NCBI RefSeq assembly: GCF_009914755.1
Contig: NC_060947.1
Length of the DNA: 64,000 bases
DNA from: the human T2T-CHM13v2.0 reference genome, Homo sapiens
Reading direction: 5' to 3' (one strand)
In this document: one piece after another, positions 1 to 11,772 of the stretch
Layout of the letters: every line of letters starts with the position of its first letter
Position numbering within the stretch: the first letter of the stretch is position 1
The notes under the pieces: generated by a model
Databases searched by the model: none
Seen by the model: only the letters and a program-made list of their open reading frames with translations
Told to the model about the DNA's origin: nothing
Position numbers and translations under genes: made by a program

Positions 1-14
1 GGTGGCTTGGGAGG

Positions 15-157
15 CCCATCTGAGTTGAAATCCCAGCTTTATCATTTACTTGCTGGGTGTTGGTCTAATCATTTCCCCTCACTAAACCTCTGTTTCTTGT
101 CTGAGAAACAGGGATAATAAGATCTGCATTATAAAATTGTCATGAGATTTAAATAAC
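15..157 (+). mobile_element. MIR SINE fragment
   Basis: Degenerate MIR core (gttgaaatcccagct...aacctctgtttcttgtctg...gggataataa...gagatttaaataa). Confidence 0.7.
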
Positions 158-172
158 ATTGGAATCCATTTT

Positions 173-478
173 GGCCAGGCACAGTAGCTGATACCTGTAA
201 TCCCAGCATTTGGGGAGACCAACTAGGAAGGATCGCTTGAGCCCTGGAGTTTGAGATCAGTCAGGAAAACAAAGCGAGACCCTGTCTCTACCAAAAAATT
301 AAAACTTTAGCCAGGCTTGGTGGCATGTGTCTGTAGTCGCAGCTTCTCTGGAGGCTAAGGCAGGAGGATCACTTGAGCCAGGAGTTGGAGACTGCAGCGA
401 GCTATGATAGCAGCACTGCACTCCAGGCTGGGCAATAGAGTGAGACCCTGTCTCTAAAACACACAAACGAACAAAAAA
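173..478 (+). mobile_element. Alu SINE, old (AluJ-like)
   Basis: GGCCAGGCACAGT...TGTAATCCCAGC dimer, A-rich linker, degenerate (CAAA) tail; GGATCGCTTGAGCCC is J-type. Confidence 0.95.
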
Positions 479-814
479 CCTTACCATTTTGACCTTTTTA
501 AATGAGTGAAAACAAAGAGTCCTCAATAAATTACAAATAACTGTGCAGTAACTGAAGGAATGACCCCCTCCTCTTTCTTCTCCTCCTCCTCCTTCTTCTC
601 TCTACTCATCTCTGAAGAAAATTGGGGTGGAAGGGCAGCAGGAAGGATTGTACTTAGACATGAGAAAGAACTTCCCAGGAATGTAGAAGTTGGAAAGAAA
701 TGCACACTGGAATCTGTAGACGTGCCTTTCAGCATACAGCAAAGGAGAGCTGCCCAACCCTGGAGGCAGGAGGATGCTGAGTCCTGCCCTGGAGGGTCTG
801 GAGCAGTGGAATGA

Positions 815-935
815 CCATAGACTGTGGTGGGACAGAGCCCTGGGTTTGGATCTTATTTTCATCATTCCTTGTGTGACTGTGGGCAGGTCACTCCCCAGTC
901 TGATCTTCTGTTCCTCATCTACCTCATCTACAGTG
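815..935 (+). mobile_element. MIR fragment
   Basis: ctgggtttggatc...tgtgtgactgtgggcaggtca...ttcctcatcta. Confidence 0.55.
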
Positions 936-1524
936 GAAGAAGAGCTTCCCTCCTCTCGAAGCCATTGGGAAGTATCTTTATGAGTTTCTGCGGGCTGCCC
1001 AGATGAGTCTTCCTTGTCACTCCAAAGCAGCAGGGAGGAAGGCCAGAGGGGGTTTCTGGGGCTGCCCTAACTGCTGAAGCTGCTGGGCCCTCGGGAACCC
1101 TCGCAGTTGTCCTGTCAGGCAATGGTTCAGCGCAGTTAGGGCTCCCAGCCCAGGCTCCAGGACTGGTGGGCCCCTCAGAGTCAGTGGGCTCCCCCACACT
1201 TTACTGCCACCCCCTCCTCAAAGCCCGCCAGCCCACCCTCTAGCTGTCCCTTAGCCAAGCAGGGCAGCACTGCTCTTCTAATCTCATTTTATAAATTAAT
1301 CCCTCTCTTCCCTTAATCATTTTCATTGCCTGCCTCTGAACCCACTCCAATCCATCTACTGCTCCTGCACCTTCTCCCACATATCATCTCCTTCATGTCC
1401 CTCTGGCTGCAGCGAGAGGCCCCCCACATGGCCTGCCAGTGTCACTGCATTCCTGTCCCCAGGTGAGAGGGTCAGCTCCCAGTGCCAGATGGGCCTGGCC
1501 CCTTTGCCTTTGGCCCCTTAGAGA

Positions 1525-1690
1525 CAGCTAAGTGAAGCAGAGATCCAACACACCTGGACCGAAACCCTAAAGCTGCAGCTTATTTGCTCAGTACCCGTGG
1601 GGAAGTGCCTTCACCTCTCTGGGCCTCATCCTCTCCATCTATAAAATGGAGCAACTGGCAGGGACCCAGGTGAGAAAAGTGCTTTGCAAA
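1525..1690 (+). mobile_element. MIR fragment
   Basis: ttcacctctctgggcctca...catctataaaatgg core. Confidence 0.65.
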
Positions 1691-4199
1691 GGGCTGGGCA
1701 CGTTTTAGTCACTCTGTTCACTTTGGGGGAGGACAGGGCTGCAGAGTCAGTTCTCCCCTCGGCCTTCTCTGCTTCTCTTCTCATTCACACACTGCCCCCC
1801 AGCCCTGAAGATCCCTGGCACGCTGGGCATAGGGCCCCACAGCCCACCGTGGCCACAGACAGGAGCCTTATTCCCCAAGCTACTGTCAGCTTCCATTGGG
1901 AATGATGGGCTTTCCCCCACCACAGGAAGGAAGGAGGCTTGACCTGAAGCAGCAGCTTGCAACAGCAAGAGAGGGGATCTGGGTGGGATGTGCTGGGGGG
2001 CCTTGTGGCCCAAAGCTAAAAGGGATGGTCAAGATGCTGAAAGTTACCCTCGCTTCATCTCCTGTGAATCATCTCCTAGACGTTCTCTGGAGAAGGGAAC
2101 TCCTCTGTTTGGCTGCCTAAGCCTTGGGAGGATAGGGCAGGGTTGAGGGAACTCAGCTTTGTGGAGCACCTACTCTGAATTTTCCCAATAGCCCTGTGAG
2201 CCTGGCTGAGGGGATCATATCCCATAACTTGTCCACTTGAGTGCCTATGCCATGTGGGGTGCTTACGGATTCAGCAGCAACAAACGCAGTAGACACAGTT
2301 CCCACCATGCTGAGCTTACCATGCAGAGAATGGTAGAGCAGCTTCCAAACCCTGGTCTGTCCGATGCCAACACCTGTGCTAATGACCAGTACACTAAGAT
2401 GCCCCGTGTTTCAGACAAAGAAAAGAAAAAAAAACCTTTCTAGTTGTATGACAAAAGAGGCGGCTGACAGTGATCAAGAGGCTTCTCAGGGCCAGTCTGA
2501 GCACTCTAGGAGTTGATGATCTACAGGAGTGACATGGCAAGGATAGGAATGGGGCAGTAGGGACACAAGGAAGCAAGTCCTGTCTGCAGGAGTGGGGCAA
2601 GGCTTGGCGAGCCAGAACTTTTAAGATGGCTCCTAAAGGATACATAAAAGTTAGCCAAGCTGACAAGGGAGAAAATGACATCATAGATGGACACAACTCT
2701 AGTAAGTGCCAGAGCTAGTGCCAGCAGACCCATGACAGTGGGACCCCCACCCCTCTTTCCCTGTCAGCTGCACGCAGGCCCCCGCCTGGACGAGGGGACA
2801 GTTTAGAGGAACTTGGGCTCCTATCTCTGCTTTGCTCTTTCTTGGATGTCTGGCCTTCAACAATCACTTCTCTCCGAGCCTCAATTCTGCAATCTAAATG
2901 CTGGGCACCCAGTCAGTGTGAGATAATAGACAGCTATTTTAACCGGTATCTTCTTATTATTGTTATCTTCATCAATATCTTCACTAAATCTCATCTCAAA
3001 ATGACCGCACTGCAGGGTGTCTGCCCTTGCCCCACCTCGGTCTGCCTGCCTTTTCCCTCACCCCACGTTTTCTCACCTACCTTTAATTCACCCTGAGCCC
3101 CACCTCTGCCTCTTCTATAACAGACTGGCTTGGCTCTGGCTGAAATCTGAAAGGTCAGGCCCTAGCAGGCTCCTAGCAGACTTTAGAGCACTTAGCATCC
3201 TTTCCGCCAGTCCCCCACCATTTTCAGGGAAAAAAAGGTGGAACAGGAAGATTTTTCTCTCCCTGTTCCAATTGGGATGGGTTCTGCTGCACAGATTGCA
3301 TGATCTGGGCTGAGGTCTGTCTTCTTCATCTGCTTTGTCCACCCCAGGAGGAAAGGAAGGGAGAGTTATTTTGAGTGAGAGGCTGGATGCAAGAATATTC
3401 TCCTCTCACCCCCACCCACCACAGCCCACTCAAGACCTCCGCCACTGACAGCCAAAGGCAGCCCCTTCTGAGTAGCACAGGGTCAACCCTCCCTGAACTC
3501 GCTGCATTGCTGAGGCCTGGCCTCCCTCAGGCCTCCCCCAGGCCAGGGAGGCTAGGGGGAGGCAGTGAGGGAGGTTGTTGCAGCGGGGAGCTGGGGCCAG
3601 AAGTCCAGCCTGGTTCTGATTTCCCTGGCTAGGGCTGGGAACCAGAGTCTGGTCTGTCTTCAGTCCCTACCCGCCCCCCACCCACCTCATGCAACGCTCC
3701 TCTGCTTTCGGGAGCGGCCCATAACCGCAAACACATTTGCTAATGCAGCTAGCTGGCCTGCCCTGGGACAGCTGGCTGGGCCCTGTGCCTGGGGCCAGGC
3801 CAGGCAAAGGGCAGGGGGCCTGGCTGGGAAAGGGGCCTGAGGCTCCTCCTCCTCTGCTAAGCCGCCTGCATAGCCGTGGCCACCGCCTCTCTGACTCCAC
3901 AGCCCCTCTCTACTATGACTCCTTCTAGTGCTAAGAAGGATGTCAGAGAAACTGAGGCCACTAGAGAAGGATTGCATGATGGTTGCATACTGTCCAGCCC
4001 AAGAATGGGGCAGCCAGACAGCCAGACGTGCTCTTTGGCCAAGAAAACACTTTGCCTGCCTGAGCTAAGGGGGTTTCTTGGCCTGAGCCCTCCCACATAG
4101 CATCTCCTAAGAGGAGCCACCTATAGGAATGGAAAATACAGGGCTCGGGGAGGGCTGCGGGCTTATACATTGCTCAGAAGGGCAAGAGCAGAGGAAGGC

Positions 4200-4345
4200 T
4201 GGGACTTCCCATCTCTGCCACTGTGAGACTTGGGTAATCACTTCCCTTCTCTGAGCCTCAGTTTCTCCATCCTGTCCTGATTACCTCACAGACTTGAGAT
4301 ATGGGAATGAATAGGCAAGTGTCTTATAAACTGCAAAGCTCTGTA
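4200..4345 (+). mobile_element. MIR/MIR3 fragment
   Basis: cacttcccttctctgagcctcagtttctccatc core. Confidence 0.7.
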
Positions 4346-5152
4346 CCCATGAAAATAAATTATTCTACCAGACCATAAACTCTAGGAGGGCTGGAATCGT
4401 GTCTGAGCTAACCTCTATGTCCCCTGTGATCCAGCCCCGGGTGCCACTGTAGGGGATGGCTAGAGAGATGAGCCTGGGGACTGCGAGACACAAGTCAGTG
4501 CTAGCTTTTGTCAACCCTCAGTTCACGCAGCCTCTGGGAACCAAGACTGAGTCCTGGGGTCCCTGGGTTCCGGAGCTTGAGCTGTGACTGGAGCCCACCC
4601 CTACCCAGACAGCCATCCCAAGGCCCCAGACTCACTCAGCTGCTCACATCCACCCTCCCCCCACTCCTCCCATCACACACAAGGCATGCAGCTCAGCTTC
4701 CCCCTGCCAAGACAACCCCACCCTGGCCCCATAGCCCCTCTCCAAAGACAGGGGCCTTTTTCTGCCACGTTCCTGGAGGCTTTTCCACTTAACAGGGCCT
4801 TGAAATCCATTTGCTGCAGACTGTGAACTTCTTTTCCATGCTCCTGCCCACTGGCCCTCTTCTAGGCTGACCACCCCCCCACTCCCACCCCCACACTGGC
4901 GTCCGCCAGCCCATGGCCTAGCAGCTGTCACACTGATCTTCCCCTACCCAGGCCTCTGGGGCAAAGCAGGGGGCACCTGGAGGAGGTATTTGGGGCCCAG
5001 GAAGCAGCAGCAGCCTGGACTAAGACAGGGGGCTGAAAGCTCACTTTCTAGGACTGTTCTGAGCTCCAGCCTAGCCTCAAAGGGGTGCTTTCCCTTCTTC
5101 CAGGCTGCTAGAGAAGGAAGCCACCTCGTTTAAGACTCTAAAGCCACAGACA

Positions 5153-5477
5153 GGCTGGGCACTGTGGCTCGGGCCTGTAATCTCAAAACTTCGAGAGGCC
5201 TAGGAGAGAGGATCGCGTGAGGCCAGGAATTCTAGACCAGCCTGGGCAACACAGCGAGATCACATCTTTACTAAAGCTGAAAAAAAAAAAAATAGCTGGG
5301 CATGGTGGTGCATGCCTGTAGTCTCAGCTACCCAGAAGCCTGAGGCAAGAGATCACTTGAGCCCAGGAGGTTAACGCTACAGTGAGCCACGATTGCGCCA
5401 CTGCACTCCAGCCTGGGTGACAGGGCAAGACCCTATCTTAAAAATAACATAACATAAAATAATAAAATAAAATAAAA
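5153..5477 (+). mobile_element. Alu SINE (AluJ-like) with (ATAAA)n tail
   Basis: GGCTGGGCACTGTGGCTC...; dimeric, A-rich linker, patterned tail. Confidence 0.95.
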
Positions 5478-5513
5478 TGCTACCAAGGCATTTCTCCCTA
5501 GATAACACCTCCA

Positions 5514-5595
5514 TCCCTCATGGTGTTTGCCCTTGTGTCCTCATGGCCTTCCCTCATGGCCCTCCCTCATGGCCCTCATGGCCCAAGGTCCATGG
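5514..5595. repeat. Short imperfect tandem repeat, CCTCATGG core (5 copies)
   Basis: cctcatgg at ~5516, 5539, 5552, 5565, 5574. Confidence 0.85.
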
Positions 5596-5919
5596 CTATG
5601 CTGCTGATACAGGTACATGACAGTGGCCAGATAACCCTCCAGGCATAGCTGGGAAGGTAGGTGTTCTGGGCTGTAGTCCTACCTTAGCTACAATCCATGA
5701 CCTTGAGTCAGTCTGGTCTTGATTCCTTTGGAGGCTCCTCCCCACCCAGCCCTGACATCCTCTTGTTTCCTGAATTCAACTCTGTCCTCTACTTCTCCTG
5801 AGAGGTGAATCCCAGGTCTTTGTGCCCTTCTTTCTGGACTCCAAAATTCTTCCATGTTCTGCCACAAACTTCATTCTCTGCTTCACGAGGCCCTCTGAAG
5901 CTGTAGAAATGGAAGGCAG

Positions 5920-6110
5920 CTGACATCCACTGAGCACCTACTAAGGCCAGGCATTTTCATGCCTTCTACCTCATTTTCGTATTAATATCTTCACAGTGCC
6001 TGCTAAGGAAACTGAGGCTCGAAATGGAGAAATGACCCACAGGCCTAAGGCCAGGAAATGGTGGCACCACAACTTGAGCCTGGGTAGTTGGACCCTCTCA
6101 TCTGTGTTCT
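5920..6110 (-). mobile_element. MIR fragment
   Basis: tgagcacctactaaggccaggca...ggaaactgaggctc. Confidence 0.7.
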
Positions 6111-6429
6111 TTCCTTGTCCCCTTCACATGCCCATGCCTGCACACCAATGTCCTCTTGTCACAGAAAGAGGTCCAGTTCATCCGTACTTGCTTTGCAGCA
6201 GCTAGTCATAGAGCTTCAGATCCTGCTCAGTCTTCAAATGGTGAAACTTTGTGCTGACCTGTGTGCAGCTTGTGATCTACTCTGGCCTGAGGCTCCATCT
6301 CAGCTCTATTTCCCTAAAATTGTATTATTCTAAAGCTAAAGGCAGAGTGAAGAAGAAAAGTGTACACCAAGGACAGAGCACTTGGAAGAGCGAGGGAATG
6401 CCTTGTGTGTCTCAAGTTATCCAACCAAC

Positions 6430-6600
6430 TGAGCACTGATTGTGTGTCAACCACTGGTAGCCAGTTTCACACACCTTCTCTTGTTTGAATACTCACAACA
6501 ACCCTTTGGGCAAGCAACAATCTTGGCCTTTTTATAGATGAGAGACTGAGGCACAGACAGAAGAAGTAACTTGCCTAAGACCACACAATGAGAAAGTAGC
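6430..6600 (-). mobile_element. MIR fragment
   Basis: ttttatagatgagagactgaggcacaga...aagtaacttgcctaagaccacaca. Confidence 0.85.
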
Positions 6601-7179
6601 ACGGTATTTTTCCCATACCCACTCCTACACCTCAGCCTGGCCTATTCCCAAGGGAAGAAAGGTGATTTCTGCAAGAAGAGGTTCCCCCTGTCCCAAAGAC
6701 CTCGGGCCCAGAAAAAGCGCCATGAGCACAGAGAACCTATATGGCAGAGGTCAGGACTACAGTCCTCAGTCAGATTTTGCCTTATCCCTGCTGCCTGGAG
6801 CTCACCCTTGCACTGGCTCTGGGGGATTGCCTGTCTCTCTCCCCATCTGTCTTTCTCATCCTTCCCCACTCTGGTTCTCAGCAGTGAATTTGTGTGAAAC
6901 CTGGACTGAATTACCACCCATTACCCAACCTGCCTCATTCCAAATCCCTGGCATTAATGCAATCAATGGAGGGGAAGCAGGCTCCCTTCAGCCGCCTGTC
7001 TGGCCCGCCCTGCACTGGCTTCTTGGTGCTGCTAAAGCCCTGCGCCCCAACCCCTTCTCCTCCTTGCACGTGTACAGGCCCCACACACCATTCACACATG
7101 TTCCTTGTAGAAACTGAGCAGGTCCTCTACCCACGGAAAAGGCTCTTCTGAAAACTCAACTGAATGAAGATATATACGT

Positions 7180-9400
7180 GCATATTTATTATTTCAATGA
7201 ACGTTTATGGGGCACCAACTCTGTGCCAAGCACTGTTTCAAGGCACTGGAGATACAGCAGTGAACAGCCCAAAGTCCTTGTTTTCATGAACTTTAGCATT
7301 TAGCCTGGGGAAGGGGTGAACAATAAACAAGTAACCATAAGTTAACAAGTTAATCCCAGATTGTGACAGGAGCTATGAAGAAAATAAACCAGGCTTATGT
7401 AATTATGATGTTAGAGGGGGCTATTTTAGATTGAGTGATCACGGAAGGCCTCAGTGAGGAGGTAATGCTTGGGTCGAGACCCAGTTGACAAGAAAAAGTC
7501 AGCTATGTGGGAATCTGGGGGAAGGGTTTGAGGAAGAAACAGCAGAAAGCATAAAGGCACTGAGGTGGAAATGAACGTGATGGGGAAAAGGGGTAAAAGC
7601 TGAAGTTGGAGAGACAGAAAGGGACCATATCACATAAAGCCTTATAAGTCAGGATAAAGACTCTGAGTTTTACTCTATGTGTGATGAGAAGCCATTAAAG
7701 GGCTTTAAACATGTTAAAGAGTGTGATTGAATTTGTGTTTTAAGATCACTCTGGCTGCTACAAGGGGTATGGATTATTGAGGGGCAAGAGTAGAAGCAGG
7801 GAAATGTATTGCACCAGTCCAGGTGAGAGATGATGGTGGCCTGGCCTAGGCTGGTGGCCAGAGAGAAGTGGATATCAAATGGGTAATTAGCTACAACAGA
7901 CTTCAGTAGAGGTGTCAGGCTCTTCCTGATTACCTCCAATGGATGATTCCTCCATATATCCACTCGAATTGTCTAGTTAGGCATCTCAAATATACTCTGG
8001 CTACAAAAGAATACTTGATTCCCCATCACCACCACCACCAAACCAGGCGGTTAGATATACAAGCATGGAGTTTAGGGCAAAGATCAAGATGGAAGATACA
8101 AATCTGGGGGAGTCATTGGCATATAGATGGTATTTAAAGCCATGGGGCTTGACGAGATCATTTATAGAGAAAATATAGGTAGAGGAGATGAGAACATCTA
8201 ACACTAAGATCCAACATTTAGAGGAAGAGCCTGCAAAAAAACAGAGAAGGAACAATCAGAGAAATAGTAGGAAAGCCTGAAACTAGGAAAGCCTGGCTCC
8301 AGGAGGGAGTGGTCAACTATAGCCAATGTTTCTGAGAGGTCCAGAAAGGCAAGGCAGATCGTTGGGGTTGGCAATGTTGGGTCATTGGTGATCTTTGACA
8401 AGAGCAATTTCAGTGAGGATGGAAGTCCTCTAGGGTAGCTAGAGGTGAGAATGGGCTGTGAGGAAGCAGACACATTGAGTGTAGAAATCTGGTGTGAGAG
8501 GTCCCACTGTGAAGGAAAGCAGAGTGATGAGGCAGAAGCTGGAGGAGTGCATGGGTGAGGAAAAAGTAGCAGGGCAGTGGATTCGAGGCCTAAGTGAGGA
8601 CGGAGCCTTGGTAGGTAAGGGTACTAGAGGGAATAAGAATAATAGAGTGTAGGATCAAAAAGTGAGATGATTGAAATCAAGATTCTTAAACTGATGTCAT
8701 TAATCATGATGGCAAGGTCAAGGGTATGGCCAAGAGAATCAGTGACTCAGATGGGATGAAGGGCCAGATCCTTGGAGGTGTGAGGTACTCCAGGAAGAGA
8801 AAAGCCAGAGTGGTAGGTCTATGTTAATGAAGAAGTTGCAGGATGTGGGGGTAGAGAGGAGACAGTCAGCCACCTACTAACATCTTCAGTGAATGGAGGG
8901 CAGCGACAAATACAGTCAAAAGATGGCAGCCTTCAGGAGGGGTGGGAGATGAGGCAGTCTTTGGAAGAGCCATTGTTTTAGAAGGAGGAAGGAAAACAAG
9001 TGGTCTAGAAGCAGCCATGGGAAACAAGGAGGACATCTACCCCATCTCCCTGCCCAGAGGTATGTGGGGTGTGAGAGAAAAATATAGCCCCCAAAATATA
9101 ACAGGAGAGTTGTGACCTTGGTGTATAGAAATAAAGGAAACGGTTATAAGAGGTTGAGCATATGGGGAAGGGGCAACAGTTGCTGCCAGTAGACCATGGG
9201 TCCCAGAAGGCAGAGTGGAAGGGTTTGAGGAGCTTGGAAGGAATGTAAGATGAGGCCCAAAGTAGGGACTGTACACGGCAATGGAGGGATTGGAGTTTGG
9301 GGGGTGATGGAAGACCAGGAGGCCTGGCTTCTGTGGTGAGCAAGGCAAAGAGGGATATGAGTCCTAATGAGATATAGCAGGATTCCGTCAAGAAAATGGG
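7180..9400 (-). mobile_element. LINE-2 relic spanning endonuclease region, RT region and 3' tail (internally deleted)
   Basis: L2 3' end at ~7190 (tttatggggcaccaactctgtgccaagcactg). Minus-strand translations: KITND...LDLSETLAIVDHSLL (RT, 8204-8473), LGHTLDLAI (~8710-8735) and FSHTPH..GQGDGVDVLL (EN, 9005-9100). Confidence 0.9.
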
Positions 9401-9526
9401 CTCATCAGGTCAAGCCAGCAGACACGGGGAAGCTGAAAGACTGCCTGCCTGCTACTGGCTGGTGGTGCTGAGGCGGAGGGTGAGCTAAGACCTGTAACGA
9501 GGGGAAGCTCTGTAGGTCTCCCATAT

Positions 9527-9545
9527 AACCTGCAGGGGGCAGTGT
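9527..9545 (+). promoter_or_regulatory. CTCF-like motif
   Basis: CCTGCAGGGGGCAG (9529-9542) vs core CCASYAGRKGGCRS; motif only. Confidence 0.4.
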
Positions 9546-9629
9546 CTCTGTTGAGAGAGAAGACAATTTCAAACAAGCAAAGCATGGAAACAAACTTCCA
9601 AGCAGCCACTCATGACTGCATACCCTCAG

Positions 9630-9850
9630 ATACACACTTGTATGCACACAGAGACCCTAGCCCAACCCCCCACGAAGCATGAACTTGTGGACAAAATCAT
9701 ATGTACATAAGCAGGCATGTACACTTTTGCATGTACCAACGTACACACACCATGCATACAGGCCCAACACACCATGCACAGCCATATTACCCCATACCAT
9801 CACATACACACATGCAAGCACACACCCACGCACACGCACATGCATGCAGA
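9630..9850. repeat. Degenerate (CA/CATG)-rich low-complexity tract
   Basis: acacatgcatgcacacac-type alternating purine-pyrimidine sequence. Confidence 0.7.
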
Positions 9851-11156
9851 GGCAACCGAGAGTGGGTTTTCTTAAGTCTTGCCAAGCCACAGACATCAGA
9901 AAATCAAGCTGAAGTTGAACAATCCAACCCAGAAAAGGGGGAGGAGATGAAGGGCGTGAGAATGAGGTGTGTGTTGCGGTAGTCCGGAAGCGGGGAGCAA
10001 GGGAGCCAAGTGCTGAGTTAAAAAAAAAAAAAAACTAGACCGTTTGGAAAAGGGAAAGCCTTCAGACAGAGCAGGAATGCAGGCTGTAATTAGAATCGCT
10101 TCAACCGTCTCTAGATTGGGAGAGGATAGGCAAACTGGTTACACATGCGGCATGGTGAGCCCCAGCCCAGATAATACTGGCAAAGCATGTGCACATGGGA
10201 GCATGCAAGCGCTGTGGAAAATGCACTTAACCGAACCACATTGGGCCCTGGGGAAGCCAATGTGAGGTAGCCCCCTTCACTTGCCCCTGCAGCCACTTTC
10301 CTTCAGGCTGGACCTCTCACCAGACTCAGGGCCACCACCACAAACATGTGTATGTCCCCAACAGGGTAGGACTTGCCAAAGGCCACAGAGTGGGCCTAGG
10401 GAGTGATGTGGTGATGTAGGCACTGGACTGGAAGACAGTATCTCCGAGTTTGAGTCCCAGGTAAGCCACTGACAGGCTGCCTGACTGGGGCCACATTCCT
10501 CCCCTGCTTTGGGCCTCTGTAGCCTGAAGGGAGATCTTGGGGTCCTTCCAATCTGGCCCTGAGTATTCATCCAGGACTATTGGTTCTGAGCAGCTGGAAG
10601 GAGGCAAATGAAAGAGATTTGTGGGGTGCCTGCAAGATGAGGAGCTGGGCTGGGAGGGATGTGAGTGTCTCTGGCTCCCCTGGCCCTGGGCAGAGGTTGC
10701 ACTGAGGGAGAAACTTCACACGCTGGTGTGCTGTGGGCCCCAGGGACTGAAGCAGGCCTAGGAAAGAGGGCCAGGCGGCCACAAACAGAATCCTTCCTAT
10801 TCCCTCTGGCCCTCCCCTTCCCTTCTTCTCACCTTTCTCCACCAGGCTTTCTGGGAGGCCTCAGGGCCAGCTGCTATCATCACTAAAAATAGCCTAGGCA
10901 GCTTTGGGTGTGAAGGAGCCCATCTTACTTGCAGGGTCCCAGAGGCCTGGCAGGTGGCAGTTGGTATCTATGGCCCCTCCAAGCCTGAGAGATCAGATTA
11001 TCCTTTTCAAGGAGAAATCTTGCAAGCCCCAGTTCCAGCCAAAAGCTTAGGTTGCCCATGCACTGCCCTCTTTGTTCTTTGTTTCCCAATATCCCAGCGA
11101 CTCCAACTTAGAGCCTCACACAGTGGGTAGCCTGGATCCTGGTGCTCAGAGAACTA

Positions 11157-11375
11157 TAATAATAACAATGATAATAATAATAGTTAACACTTATTGAACA
11201 CTACTGTGTGTCAGGCACTTTGCCAAATGCTTTGCATGTATTCACTCATGACTCTTCACAACAACTCTTTGAGGTAGGTCCTATATCCCCATTTTATAGG
11301 TGAACAAACTGAGGCACAGACAGATTAAGTACATTACCCATGGTTACACAGCTAGTAAGCGGTAGAATGAGGATG
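11157..11375 (-). mobile_element. MIR (well preserved, includes 3' tail)
   Basis: aataatagttaacacttattgaac...ccccattttataggtgaacaaactgaggcacaga...cacagctagtaag. Confidence 0.92.
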
Positions 11376-11489
11376 CTTTTTCTTCTCTTAATTCCTTCAG
11401 GGAGAGGAAGATTCTGATAATGATAATAGTAATAGTTAATATTTATTCATCTTCACGGGCACTGGGCAGCTGAAAGATCCTCAAAGCTA

Positions 11490-11672
11490 AAGGGATGAAG
11501 GGTTAAATCCTTGGTTTGCTCCTCAGTAGCTGTGTGACTCTGAGCAAATGCCTTCACCTTTCATAGCTTCTTGAGTTTCCTCATCTGTAAAATAGAAATA
11601 ATCACAATAGCTGGCTCTCAGAGTGGCGAGAGGATTGTAGGAGATGATGTGTGAGGAAGTACTTAGCACAGA
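11490..11672 (+). mobile_element. MIR fragment
   Basis: tagctgtgtgactctgagcaa...gtttcctcatctgtaaaatag. Confidence 0.85.
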
Positions 11673-11772
11673 GGAGCTCACATCACCCTCTTTCCCCTTC
11701 TGAAAGATACCTGGGGCTTTTTTGTCTCATTCTCTCCAGTGGCCGGGTGGAGACCACCTGAAGTCCTGAGCC

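Noticed and set aside
5514-5595. CRISPR-like repeat array
   Set aside because: Units only 8-13 bp with no unique spacers; eukaryotic context
6662-7117. 151 aa ORF in unique DNA
   Set aside because: Non-ATG start, no recognisable motif, no convincing splice framing
8204-8473. RT-like peptide as a functional gene
   Set aside because: Decayed L2 ORF2 with frameshifts and stops
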